DNA from: Phyllobates terribilis | Taxonomy: Eukaryota | Reading direction: 5' to 3' | Assembly (NCBI RefSeq): GCF_046119375.1 | Contig: NW_027362762.1 | Span: forward strand, 298,282,001 to 298,346,000 | DNA: 64,000 nt | Shown: positions 11,021 through 22,399 of the stretch, piece after piece | Layout: every line of letters starts with the position of its first letter | How positions within the stretch are numbered: position 1 is the stretch's first letter | The notes under the pieces: generated by a model | Databases searched by the model: none | The model's input: only the letters and a program-made list of their open reading frames with translations | Told to the model about the DNA's origin: nothing | Translations under genes and position numbers: made by a program

Positions 11021-11148
11021 CCAATGAGGATCCTAAGAAGTGTGGGCACATCCTGTTAGGCATGTAGGCATCTTAACTAATGGCATGGCTGTGATTGGCT
11101 GCTGAAATGATGTCATGATGCACTATAAAAGCCTCCGCCGCCATTTTG
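11021..11148 (+). promoter_or_regulatory. Putative hAT transposase promoter
   Basis: CCAAT at 11021, ATTGG at 11094, TATAAAAG at 11124-11131 and YY1-like CGCCATTTT at 11139, just inside the left subterminal repeats. Motif-based only. Confidence 0.5.
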
Positions 11149-11263
11149 AGCTCACTCTGCTGTGAATTCAGTTAGGGATAGGACGCTGTTGTTCTGAGGG
11201 ACAGTTTTAGCTACCTATTTGGTCTATTCTGCTTTACCCAAGCTACTTTATAAATCGCTGTGC

Positions 11264-12046
11264 CTTGCAGTGCTAGTGCGCAGTTCTCTGTGCTGTTCAC
11301 CGCTGTCTGCAAGGTCTCTGTGTGTGAGTGCAGCTCACCCTGTAGTGTGTGCTTCAGCCACGTCTGGTTGTAGTGCACTCAGTGTGTGTCACTGCCTCAT
11401 ACATTGTCCTTTTTTGCCAATTCATAATTTTTCCTGATATCTCCTATTAGTGTGGTGGTTCCATCCGTATTCAGCTAAATTGGTTCCAAACACACTATAT
11501 AGGAGTAGATGGAGAAATTTTTTTGGTCTTGCAGCGCTAGTGCACAGTGCTCTGTATCTGTACTGTTCACCGCTGTCTGCAAGGTCTGGTGTGTGAGTGC
11601 AGCTCACCCTGTAGTGTGTGCTTCAACCACGTCTGGTTATAGTGCACTCAGTGTGTGTCACTGCCTCATACATTGTCCTTTTTTGCCAATTCATAATTTT
11701 TCCTGATATCTCCTATTAGTGTGGTGGTTCCATCCGTATTCAGCTAAATTGGTTCCAAACACACTATATAGGAGTAGATAGAGAAATTTTTTTGGTCTTG
11801 CAGCACTAGTGCACAGTGCTCTGCATCTGTACTGTTCACCGCTGTCTGCAAGGTCTGGTGTGTGAGTGCAGCTCACCCTGTAGTGTGTGCTTCAACCACG
11901 TCTGGTTGTAGTGCACTCAGTGTGTGTCACTGCCTCATACATTGTCCTTTTTTGCCAATTCATACTTTTTCCTGATTTCTCCTATTAGTGTGGTGGTTCC
12001 ATCCGTATTCAGCTAAATTGGTTCCAAACACACTATATAGGAGTAG
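11264..12046. repeat. Three tandem copies of a 264-269-bp unit in the hAT 5' region
   Basis: CTTGCAG(C/T)(G/A)CTAG unit starts at 11264, 11528 and 11797; repeated ORF translations at offset 269. Confidence 0.9.
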
Positions 12047-12406
12047 TTAGAGGAGCCTTTCTGCAGCATTGGGCCCTGCAGCCCCAGCCAGATTAGTATT
12101 AGCCTATTTTTTGTAGCCTCATCTATTGCATTGTAGGTTACCTTCCTACATTGTAATAGCTACAAAAAGTTTGTGATACTATCGTTATTACATCTTTAGG
12201 CACATCCAGTGTCTTTTTGTGACAAAAAAACCTAAATAAAGTTCACCAAACACTCCACTTTACAGTTGTGTAGGCCACATTAGCTCATATTAAAGTCTAG
12301 TCCACACTTTATAAAATTAGTGTTTCTTATACCTGTTAGCAGCTGTTCAGGAATAAGCACACTAAGCCCTTAGTACTTTTCTGCCTATCTTTATCAGTCT
12401 ACCAAG

Positions 12407-15400
12407 ATGAAGAAGGCAGGGAGTAAGGCATGTGGTCGTGGGCGTGGAGTTTCTGCAGGGAGAGGACGTGAGGATTCTGTGCCTGCAGAGAGAGGACGTG
12501 GGGATTCTGTGCCTGCTGCAGGCACCAGTGACTCAGCATCCCCCAGTTTTACCAGGGAACAGTCCTTTATGCGCAGCTTTGTAGGAGCTAGCCGTACCCC
12601 ACTGCTGCGGGAGGACCAAATTGAAGCCGTTGTCGGATGGATGGCAGCTAACGCATCGACTTCAATTAGTTCCAGATCATCTCAGGTCCTGAGAACTGAA
12701 GAGCACCCATCTGTCTCTTCACCACCTGCCAAATTGCCCAGGCAGTCAGAGAGCCCTGGACAGGAGCCATCTCTACTTCTGTTCTCTGAATCTCTTGGCT
12801 TGGAAAGAGGGGGCCAGCCAAGCAGAATTCGAGAATTTGAAGAAGAGGTAGTATGCAGTGATGCCCAACCGTTTGGTCTCTCTGAATCTGAAGAGGCGGG
12901 TGGGCCAGTGCCTATGGTCAGCAGCACACCTCAGTACGCATCTGATGATGAGACTCAGGTGCCACTTTCTGGTGCGTACTGTGCTGTCGAGACTACCCAG
13001 GAGAAGCAGTTGTTTGAAGAGGGTGGTGTAGATGATGAGGTCCTTGACCCATCATGGCGTGAGGGACAGGAAGGTGGTGGGAGCAGCTCTGAGGAAGAGA
13101 TTCCCCGAACAGCCCAAAAAGGAGGGAGAGGGAGGGGGCAGACTTGGTTGCCTGTAGCCTCCACTTCGGCACCCATTAGGAGCATGGCTCTTCCAAAATC
13201 CAAAGCGGGCGCTCCCAAGACTTGCAGTGCCTGGTCCTTTTTTGACACAGTTGCAGATGACATTTGCTTTGTCAAATGCAAGCTGTGTAATCAGAAGGTG
13301 AAAAGAGGGAAAAGTGTCAGCAACCTCAATACCACAAATATGTGGAAACATGTGCGGACCAAGCACGTGGTGGAGTTACAAAAACACACTGAAGACCTAG
13401 GCCAACCTACAGCGCCACCTACCACCTCTTCAGCTCGTGTTGTAGCTTCTTCCTCCAGCTCACACACAGCTGGTTCGGCTTCCTCACAGAATCGCCATGG
13501 AAGAATCTCTGGCACTGTTGTACAGAGACACAGTGTAATTCCACCCACAGCACCACTTTCCCAGTCATCCTCACACTCCCAGGCCAGTCTACAGCCATCG
13601 TTCGCACAGGCATGGGAGAAAAGGCGCCCATACTTGGCAAACCACCCCCGAGCACAGGCTCTGAATGCTGGCATTGCTAAACTACTGGCCCTTGAAATGC
13701 TATCATTCAGGCTGGTGGAGACTGACACATTCCGTAACTTTATGGCATTGGCAGTCCCACAATACTACGTGCCCAGCCGCTTTTATTTCAGCAGGCAAGC
13801 CGTCCCTGCCCTGCAACATCATGTGGAGGGAAAAATTAAACATGCGCTACAAAACGCCGTCAGTAGCAAGGTCCACCTGACCACCGATGCGTGGACCAGT
13901 AAGCATGGACAGGGACGATACCTTTCCCTCACTGCCCATTGGGTAAATGTTGTGGAGCCGGGTACAGATCTAGAGAGTGGCACTGTACGTGTTCTGCCAA
14001 CTCCAAGGATTGCAGGAATCCAGTCTGTACACATTGACTCCTCCTCATACTCCAGTTCCTCTGAATCAGCGCTGCAGGAGCCGTCACGGTCTACCTCCAC
14101 ATCGACCCGTGAACGGTTACCTGTTATGGTGACCAATATGAGCACAGCCGTGGCCAAACGTCAACAGGCCGTATTAAAATTAATTTCTTTGGGGAATCGA
14201 AGCCACACAGCGCAGGAGCTCTGGAATGCCATCAAGCAGCAGAGCGACGTGTGGTTTGTGCCAGCGAATCTCCAGCCAGGCATGGTAGTGTGTGACAATG
14301 GCCGAAATCTGGTGGCAGCTCTGGGCCTAGGCAACCTCACTCACTTCCCATGTCTGGCACATGTGCTCAACTTGGTCGTGCAGAGTTTTTTGAGGGACTA
14401 TCCGGATCTTGATGCACTGCTTCACTAGGTCCGCATAGAGTGCGCTCACTTGCGGCGTTCCAGCAATGCAAGATCACGCATTGCAGCTCTGCAGCGCCGA
14501 TTACGTCTTCCGGAACATCGCATCATATGTGACCTACCCACGAGGTGGAATTCAACGTTACATATGTTGGAGAGGTTGTGTGAGCAGCAGGCAGCAGTAA
14601 TGGAGTACCAGCTGCAGCGCAAACAAGTCGCAGTGCGCGCCGTTCACACTTCACCACCACTGAGTGGGTCTCTATGAATGACATTTGCCACGTTTTGCGT
14701 GCCTTCGAATATTCCACGCGGATGGCGAGTGCAGATGATGCACTAGTCAGCATGACTATCCCCCTTATCTGCCTGCTTGAAAAAACACTGCAAGCACTAA
14801 GGGACGAGGTTTTGGAAGAGGTGGAGGATGAGGAGTCACAAATGCCATCTGCTTCTCTACAGTCTGCGCAACGTGGTTCCTCACAAAGGCCTAGGCAGGG
14901 GACACTTTGTGAGGAGGATGAGGAGGAGTCAATGGATGAGGAAGACATCTGTCCAGAGGAGGGAGGTACACAATGCTCTAGTAGTCAGTATCTAGAGTGA
15001 GGGTGGGGTGATGCAGAGCAGGCAGAGATCACGCCTCAAGCAGGGGACAGCGTTTCTTGGCCAGTTGGCAGTCTGCAGCACATGGTTGATTTCATGCTGC
15101 AGTGCCTGAGAAACGACCGCCGCATCGCCCACATTCTCAACACGGCTGATTATTGGGTGTCCACCCTCCTAGATCCTCGCTACCGGGACAACTTACAAAG
15201 CCTCATAACACCGTTGAACCGGGAGCGTAAAATGCGGGAGTACCAAGACGCACTGGTGCATTCCATCATGTTCTCCATTCCAACCGAGAGCAGTGCTGCT
15301 AGTGCTTTACAAAGCAGCTCAGTGCGTCGAGGCAGTGGAGGAAGCTCTGCACAAAGAGGGAGCAGAAGCAGCGCCTCAGCACAAGGCAAGACCAGTATGG

Positions 15401-15783
15401 CCGAAATGTGGCAAAGTTTTGTGTCCCCGCCGCCACAAATATCTACACCATCACAGACGGCTCCAGTCAGCAGGAGGCAACGTTTCCGTCAGATGGTGAC
15501 AGACTACATGTCTTGCCCTCTTAGTGTACTCCCATACGGCTCTTCTCCCTTCAAGTTTTGGGTCTGTAAGCTGGATACATGGCCAGAGCTTAATCAGTAT
15601 GCATTGGAGGTGCTAGCTTGCCCTGCTGCTAGTGTATTATCGGAACGCGTCTTTAGTGCCGCAGGTGGTGTACTAAAAGACCATCGCATGCGACTATCCT
15701 CCGATAACGTTGACCGGCTTACTTTTCTCAAAATGAACAAGGCCTGGAACTCTCATGAATTTGCCAGTCCTCTTCCAGAATAA
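12407..15783 (+). pseudogene. hAT transposase with BED zinc finger (ZBED-like), disrupted
   Basis: BED finger (CKLC...WKHVRTKH), TTDAWTS, VCDNGRN, CLAH, TRWNS, LLDPRY and SERVFSAAG dimerisation motif. Lesions: in-frame TAG at 14426-14428, a frameshift near 14610-14640, and TGA at 14998-15000. Confidence 0.92.
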
Positions 15784-15849
15784 ATAATTGGTTGGCAACA
15801 GTATCCAGGTCTCCTGTTCTGTTCATGTTTCTACCACCTGAACTGTAAT

Positions 15850-18800
15850 CCCTGAGCTCCAACACCGCCAGTTGCTGCTCAGAAGTGCCATCTGCACAGT
15901 CAACACTTGCTGCCGTGTCATTGGGGTTCAGTAACGTCAGCTGTTCCCCTGCTGTGCGGACGGCAATTTCTCCTGCTCTGTCCACATTCTCACTACTACA
16001 GATTTTAAAGTTGCTCCAATTACACCTCTGGCTCCTCTGTTTTCAGTATTATCCCTGAGCTCCAACACCGCCAGTTGGCGCTCGGAAGTGCCGTCTGCAC
16101 AGTCAACACTTGCTGCCGTGTTATTGGGGTTCAGTAACGTCAGCTGTTCCCCTGCTGTGCGGACGGCAATTTCTCCTGCTCTGTCCACATCCACTGTACT
16201 ACTGATTTAAAACCTCCTCCAAATACACCTCTGGCTCCTCTGTTTTCAGTATTATCCCTGAGCTCCAACACCGCCAGTTGGCGCTTGGAAGTGCCGTCTG
16301 CACAGTCAACACTTGCTGCCGTGTTATTGGGGTTCAGTAACGTCAGCTGTTCCCCTGCTGTGCGGACGGCAATTTCTCCTGCTCTGTCCACATTCTCACT
16401 ACTACAGATTTTAAAGTTGCTCCAATTACACCTCTGGCTCCTCTGTTTTCAGTATTATCCCTGAGCTCCAACACCGCCAGTTGGCGCTCGGAAGTGCCGT
16501 CTGCACAGTCAACACTTGCTGCCGTGTTATTGGGGTTCAGTAACGTCAGCTGTTCCCCTGCTGTGCGGACGGCAATTTCTCCTGCTCTGTCCACATCCAC
16601 TGTACTAATTTAAAACCTCCTCCAAATACACCTCTGGCTCCTCTGTTTTCAGTATTATCCCTGAGCTCCAACACCGCCAGTTGGCGCTCAGAAGTGCCGT
16701 CTGCACAGTCAACACTTGCTGCCGTGTTATTGGGGTTCAGTAACGTCAGCTGTTCCCCTGCTGTGCGGACGGCAATTTCTCCTGCTCTGTCCACATTCTC
16801 ACTACTACAGATTTTAAAGTTGCTCCAATTACACCTCTGGCTCCTCTGTTTTCAGTATTATCCCTGAGCTCCAACACCGCCAGTTGGCGCTCGGAAGTGC
16901 CGTCTGCACAGTCAACACTTGCTGCCGTGTTATTGGGGTTCAGTAACGTCAGCTGTTCCCCTGCTGTGCGGACGGCAATTTCTCCTGCTCTGTCCACATC
17001 CACTGTACTACTGATTTAAAACCTCCTCCAAATACACCTCTGGCTCCTCTGTTTTCAGAATTATCCCTGAGCTCCAACACCGCCAGTTGGCGCTTGGAAG
17101 TGCCGTCTGCACAGTCAACACTTGCTGCCATGTTATTGGGGTTCAGTAACGTCAGCTGTTCCTGACGCACCCCTGGGCCTGTGTCGCGCAGCGTTGCGCA
17201 CGCGGGAGCTTACCCGGAGCCGGATCTGTTGAGGGTTGTAGTCTCGTGGCGGTGACCCGGTCCGTGCCCAGGGAGTCAGACTAAGTGGCGCTGTATTAGC
17301 AGTAGATGTTGGACGACTACGCCACCCGTTGAATGCAGCTATGGAGCTGCCGCTGCAGGGCAGACCGCTGAGGCCGGTGGTAGGATTGTGCAGCGTGATA
17401 GTATCACCCCCAACGGGAGGGGTATGGCCTCAGGGCAGCCAACGTGGATGATGGGGGTAGTAGGAACCACTCAGAGACGATGCGGTGTAGTTCAGGGTCT
17501 TTACTGGTGATAAAGATAGACCCTCCTGGAGTACTGGCTAGCGATTGGGGCCTGGTCAGTCCTTGAGCAGATGGGATCTCCCCTGGCCAGGCGGAGTTGT
17601 AGGCCTCCCAAACTAACTGTACTCTTCTGGCTACCTTGCTAGAGGCGGGTATAAGTAGCCCACGTCCCTGAGTGTACCGTGTGGTGCTCACCCGTATGGC
17701 CGGTGACTCGGGGCCTTCTAGTAGCTTCCGCTCCACGACGGCGGTGCTGGTCCCATGCGTGTGACCGTGCCTTCGGGTTTCTTGGCCAGAGGACCTGGAA
17801 TCCCCTGCCTGACGGATTCTGCTGCTGGGTAGGAGTTAGTCCCCACAGCCTCGGACTCCGGGTCCGGTAAGAAATCTTCTCAGTCAGGGCGAGCTCTGCA
17901 GCTGCCAGCCCCTGACTCCTTGTAACACTGCTCCCACAGAGCTCCTGTTGTTTCTTCCCATAGCTGCTTCTCTTCTCTGTCTCTACTTCTGGCATGGCCC
18001 AGGAGCTGGGCCCAGCCGGAGCCACAGCTCCCTGTCAGCCCTCCTGGCTGAACTCTCCCTCTGAACTCCCTAACCCTGCCTCAGCCCCAGGTTTATATAG
18101 GGGAAGTTCTTCCCCTCCCAGGACTGGGCAGGAGGTGTGGCATGCATAGGATTCCTGACCAAGAGACCTCCCACCTGCTCTCAGACATAACATTGCCGTT
18201 ACTGTGGAAACCAGACCCCTGGGGTGCCACATTCCCCTGCTGTGCGGACGGCAATTTCTCCTGCTCTGTCCACATTCTCACTACTACAGATTTTAAAGTT
18301 GCTCCAATTACACCTCTGGCTCCTCTGTTTTCAGTATTATCCCTGAGCTCCAACACCGCCAGTTGGCGCTCGGAAGTGCCGTCTGCACAGTCAACACTTG
18401 CTGCCGTGTCATTGGGGTTCAGTAACGTCAGCTGTTCCCCTGCTGTGCGCGCGGCAATTTCTCCTGCTCTGTCCACATTCTCACTACTACAGATTTTAAA
18501 GTTGCTCCAATTACACCTCTGGCTCCTCTGTTTTCAGTATTATCCCTGAGCTCCAACACCGCCAGTTGGCGCTCGGAAGTGCCGTCTGCACAGTCAACAC
18601 TTGCTGCCGTGTTATTGGGGTTCAGTAACGTCAGCTGTTCCCCTGCTGTGCGGACGGCAATTTCTCCTGCTCTGTCCACATTCTCACTACTACAGATTTT
18701 AAAGTTGCTCCAATTACACCTCTGGCTCCTCTGTTTTCAGTATTATCCCTGAGCTCCAACACCGCCAGTTGGCGCTCGGAAGTGCCGTCTGCACAGTCAA

Positions 18801-19154
18801 CACTTGCTGCCGTGTTATTGGGGTTCAGTAACGTCAGCTGTTCCCCTGCTGTGCGGACGGCAATTTCTCCTGCTTTGTCCACATCCACTGTACTACTGAT
18901 TTAAAACCTCCTCCAAATACACCTCTGGCTCCTCTGTCTTTAGTATTTACCCTGGGCTCCAATACCGCTAGTTGCTGCTCAGAAGTGCCGTCTGCACAGT
19001 CAACACTTGCTGCCGTGTTATTGGGGTTCAGTAACGTCAGCTGTTCCCCTGCTGTGCGGACGGCAATTTCTCCTGCTTTGTCCACATCCACTGTACTACT
19101 GATTTAAAACTTGCTCCAATTACACCTCTGGCTCCACTCTGTTTTTAGTATTTA
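15850..19154. repeat. Tandem array of eleven about 203-bp units (A/B variants), interrupted by a solo LTR
   Basis: Units start at 15850, 16053, 16256, 16459, 16659, 16862, 17065, 18341, 18544, 18747 and 18950. Confidence 0.93.
17163..18231 (-). mobile_element. Solo LTR (1069 bp) of a subfamily related to the Gypsy element at 523-8345
   Basis: TG...CA ends; TSD TTCC (17159-17162, 18232-18235). Reverse-complement homology to the LTR at 523-1514, with a different and longer segment just after the TATA box. Confidence 0.93.
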
Positions 19155-20610
19155 CCCTGGGTTCCAGCACCGCCAGCTGGTTCTCGGTAGTTCCATTTGC
19201 TCTTGTACCTTCTACTACCCATCCGGGTTCCAGTACCGTCAGCTGGTTCTCGGCAGTGCCTTTGGATTAGGTGCCTCCTTCTCGGTATCCAAGTTCCACC
19301 AACGTCTGCTGGTTCTTGGTAGTGCTTTCTGGCACAGGTACCTCCTGCTTAGTAACAGAGTTCCAGTACCGTCAGCTGGTCTTCGGCAGTTCCATTGGCT
19401 CTTGTACCTTCTACTACCCATCCGGGTTCCAGTACCGTCAGCTGGTCCTCGGTAGTTCCATTTGCTCTTGTACCTTCTACTACCCATCCGGGTTCCAGTA
19501 CCGTCAGCTGGTTCTCGACAGTGACTTTGGCACGGGTACTCCCTCCTGCCCAGCCTCGTTCCAGGACGCCAGCTGTTTCCGGGTAGTGTCAACATCACTT
19601 TGCCTCCAATGCGTTGTCCTGTCGTGTTGCGGTCGGGTTAGCCGACTATGTTGCCCGCAGTTTAGGTGACTCCTATGTGGGCTGCGGGATCTAGCAATGA
19701 AGGCTGGTTCCATAGTGCCAATAGGACAAGCACCCCCTGTAGGACTGTGGGTTTTGGTAACTGCGGCCGGCTCGCGGCCTTGAACTTTTTTTTACATGGG
19801 TACCTTCTGCTACCCATCCGGGTTCCAGTACCGTCAGCTGGTTCTCGGCAGTGCCTTTGGATTAGGTGCCTCCTTCTCGGTATCCAAGTTCCACCAACGT
19901 CTGCTGGTCCTTGGTAGTGCTTTCTGCCACAGGTACCTCCTGCTTAGTAACCGAGTTCCAGTACCGTCAGCTGGTCTTCGGCAGTTCCATTGGCTCTTGT
20001 ACCTTCTACTACCCATCCGGGTTCCAGTACCGTCAGCTGGTTCTCGGCAGTGTCTTTGTCACGGGTACTCCCTCCTGCCCAGCCTGGTTCCAGCACGCCA
20101 GCTGTTTCCGGGTAGTGTCAACGTCACTTTGCCTCCAATGCGTTGTCCTGTCGCGTTCGGGTTAGCAGACTCTATGGTGCCTGCAGTTTAGGTGACTCCT
20201 ATGTGGGCTGCGGGATCTGGCAATGAAGGCTGGTTCCATAGTGCCAATAGGACAAGCACCCCCTGTAGGACTGTGGGTTTTGGTAACTGCGGCCGGCTCG
20301 CGGCCTTGAACTTTTTTTTACATGGGTACCTTCTGCTACCCATCCGGGTTCCAGTACCGTCAGCTGGTTCTCGGCAGTGCCTTTGGATTAGGTGCCTCCT
20401 TCTCGGTATCCAAGTTCCACCAACGTCTGCTGGTCCTTGGTAGTGCTTTCTGGCACAGGTACCTCCTGCTTAGTAACCGAGTTCCAGTACCGTCATCTGG
20501 TCTTCGGCAGTTCCATTGGCTCTTGTACCTTCTGCTACCCATCCGGGTTCCAGTACCGTCAGCTGGTCCTCGGTAGTTCCTCTGCTTTCTTGTACCTTCT
20601 GCTACATTTC
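19155..20610. repeat. Array of about 66-bp monomers (core GTTCCAGTACCGTCAGCTGG) organised into about 526-bp higher-order units
   Basis: 66-bp periodicity at 19390-19520; identical ORFs at 19666..19917 and 20192..20443 (offset 526). Confidence 0.85.
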
Positions 20611-20656
20611 CAAGTTCAAGCTTTTTGAAATGGTTCTTGGTAATCACTCTGGATCT

Positions 20657-21510
20657 CCCTGACGAGGACCCTGAAGACGAGGATCCTGAAGACCAACCCT
20701 AAGAAGACGAAGACCCCGAAGACGACGACCCTGAAGACCATCCCAAAGAAGACGAGGACCCTGAAGACCACCCCGAAGAAGACGAGGACCCTGAAGACCA
20801 CCCCGAAGAAGACGAGGACCCTGAAGACCACCCCGAAGAAGACGAGGACCCCGAAGACGAGGACCCAGAAGACCAACCAGAAGAAGACGAGGACCCCGAA
20901 GACGAGGACCCCCGAAGACGACGACCCCGAAGAAGACCAAGAAGATGACCCTGAAGAAGTTGACCAAGAGGACAAAGAAGAGAAGACAAGCACCAAGATA
21001 CAGAAGAACAAGAGACAGAAAACCAAGAAGCAGAAATACAAGAAGCTGCAGAACAAAAAGCGGAAGAACATTAAGCATAAGACTAAAAATCAGAGCAAAA
21101 GATAATATCTAAATTATAAGCAGAAGATGACTAAGCAGTGTATGGGGGTGAGTCCGTTCCTCCTCGTGGTGCCCCTGGAAAAGACCTGCTGCTGCAGGCC
21201 AAACTGAACGCGGACAAATCCTGTTGTAAATCTTTTGTGACGGGCAGAACGAAAGGTGTAATGTCCAACCTTTTATAGATAACAACTACAGGAATGCCTG
21301 TCACAAATAAGAATATGATGAAGAAGAAGAATATGAAGAAGATGAAGAAGTAGAATATGAAGAATGAAAAAAAAAGAATAATACGAAGAAGGTTAAGAAG
21401 AAGATGAAGAAGGTGAAGAAGAAGTGGATGAAAAAGATGCTGAGGATGATGAAGGAGAAAGTGTGGGAGAAGTAAAAAAGAAGGTGAAGAGCATGGAAGT
21501 AGTGAAACAT
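20657..21510. repeat. Purine-rich low-complexity region: 30-bp GAAGACGAGGACCCTGAAGACCACCCCGAA minisatellite, then GAA-rich tract
   Basis: 30-bp periodicity at about 20720-20850; GAA/GAT-rich tract at 21307-21510. Confidence 0.85.
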
Positions 21511-22296
21511 AAATATCTGACAAAATATAAAAATACTTAACATAGTCAATATTTCCGTAACTCAGAACGTCTTAAAAAAAATATTAATTCCTGCTATTCC
21601 ATTTGATTGGGCTAAACCTCTATGCCTTTATTGTCTCCCCCACCTCCCCCAATACATTCTACATTATTCTTAGTTGTTTTCCTTCATGTAGAATTAACCT
21701 ACAAGTAAAGAAAGGGTTTATTTTCATTCCGATATTTCTGTCCCATTGACTTGCATTGGTTTCCGGTATCGGAATCGGCGATATCCGATACTTTTTGGGT
21801 ATCTGTCCGATCCAATCCGATCCGATATTTCCCGATATCGGAAGGTATCGCTCAACACTACTAATCACACATTTTGTATAAACTTGTTTTCTGAACTGAG
21901 CTTCACAACTGTTTTCAGCCATCAAGTAGCATTAACATGCTCTATGATAGACATTTGCAACAAGAGAACTGCGTAGTCTAACCTCAAACTAATTATCATG
22001 CCCATCATGCCCTTTAGTGTAAGCAACTTTCATTCATCTATATGGTTTCATACATGGAATATTTACAGAGAAAAAGGATAGAAGAAGACAGAAGATTAAT
22101 ATCATGCAGTGAATAAATTCTGTAAAATATTTCCTAATCTCTGCTACCTGAGCAATATTCCCTTTGTCTTTGAATGTGTACGGGCTTCTGAAAGAATAGT
22201 GGATAGTTTCACATTTACACAATTCATCTTAGTGGTATGATGATAATACATTTAGACATTTTTAGATTTTGTGTTCTCAAATGTTTAAAAACCAAC

Positions 22297-22399
22297 CTTG
22301 TGTTATTTAGAAAGTGATGTGATCTGGTCTGTGAAGCGACATATAGCGAGGCTGTTGTAACAAGGAGGTCATTTCTTTCTTGAGATGTCAAACTGTGTC
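22297..22399 (-). CDS. PCCA: PCCA internal coding exon (GHSLTSQERNDLLVTTASLYVASQTRSHHFLNNTR), 103 nt, phase 1-2
   Basis: ctccataacag|GACACAGTTTG...AACACAAG|gttggt. Aligns with human [35 protein letters not shown] (recalled) and continues the frame of the 111-nt exon. Confidence 0.88.

Larger units (their letters stand above)
10872..21860 (+). mobile_element. hAT DNA transposon, about 11 kb, with large internal repeat cargo
   Basis: TIRs TAGTGTTGAGC (10872) and GCTCAACACTA (21850-21860); 8-bp TSD CTAAACAC/CTAATCAC (7/8 match); subterminal (T)CCGATA repeats at both ends; internal hAT transposase. Confidence 0.92.

Noticed and set aside
15728-19091. Series of 82-127 aa minus-strand ORFs (MDRAGEIAVRTAGEQLTLLNP...) suggesting a repetitive protein gene
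   Set aside because: The 203-bp unit is not a multiple of 3, so the frame shifts in every unit; the ORFs are by-products of the DNA repeat.
15850-19154. CRISPR-like repeat-spacer array
   Set aside because: Eukaryotic context, no cas genes, and the 'spacers' are only two recurring variants (A/B) rather than unique sequences. The 128-bp array likewise has no spacers.
19155-20610. In-frame 22-aa repeat (EDQLTVLEPGWVVEGTRANGTA) on the minus strand as a second hAT gene
   Set aside because: Stops (TAA) and 1-nt indels recur within the units and are shared between higher-order copies, so there is no sign of coding constraint.
20616-21549. Hydrophobic or Ser/Gly-rich ORFs of 82-151 aa
   Set aside because: Translations of GAA/GAC low-complexity repeats.
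22148-22187. Candidate extra PCCA exon (ttctttcag|AAGCCCG...CTCAG|gtagca), 40 nt
   Set aside because: Not frame-preserving, weak donor, and the peptide does not resemble the next PCCA exon.
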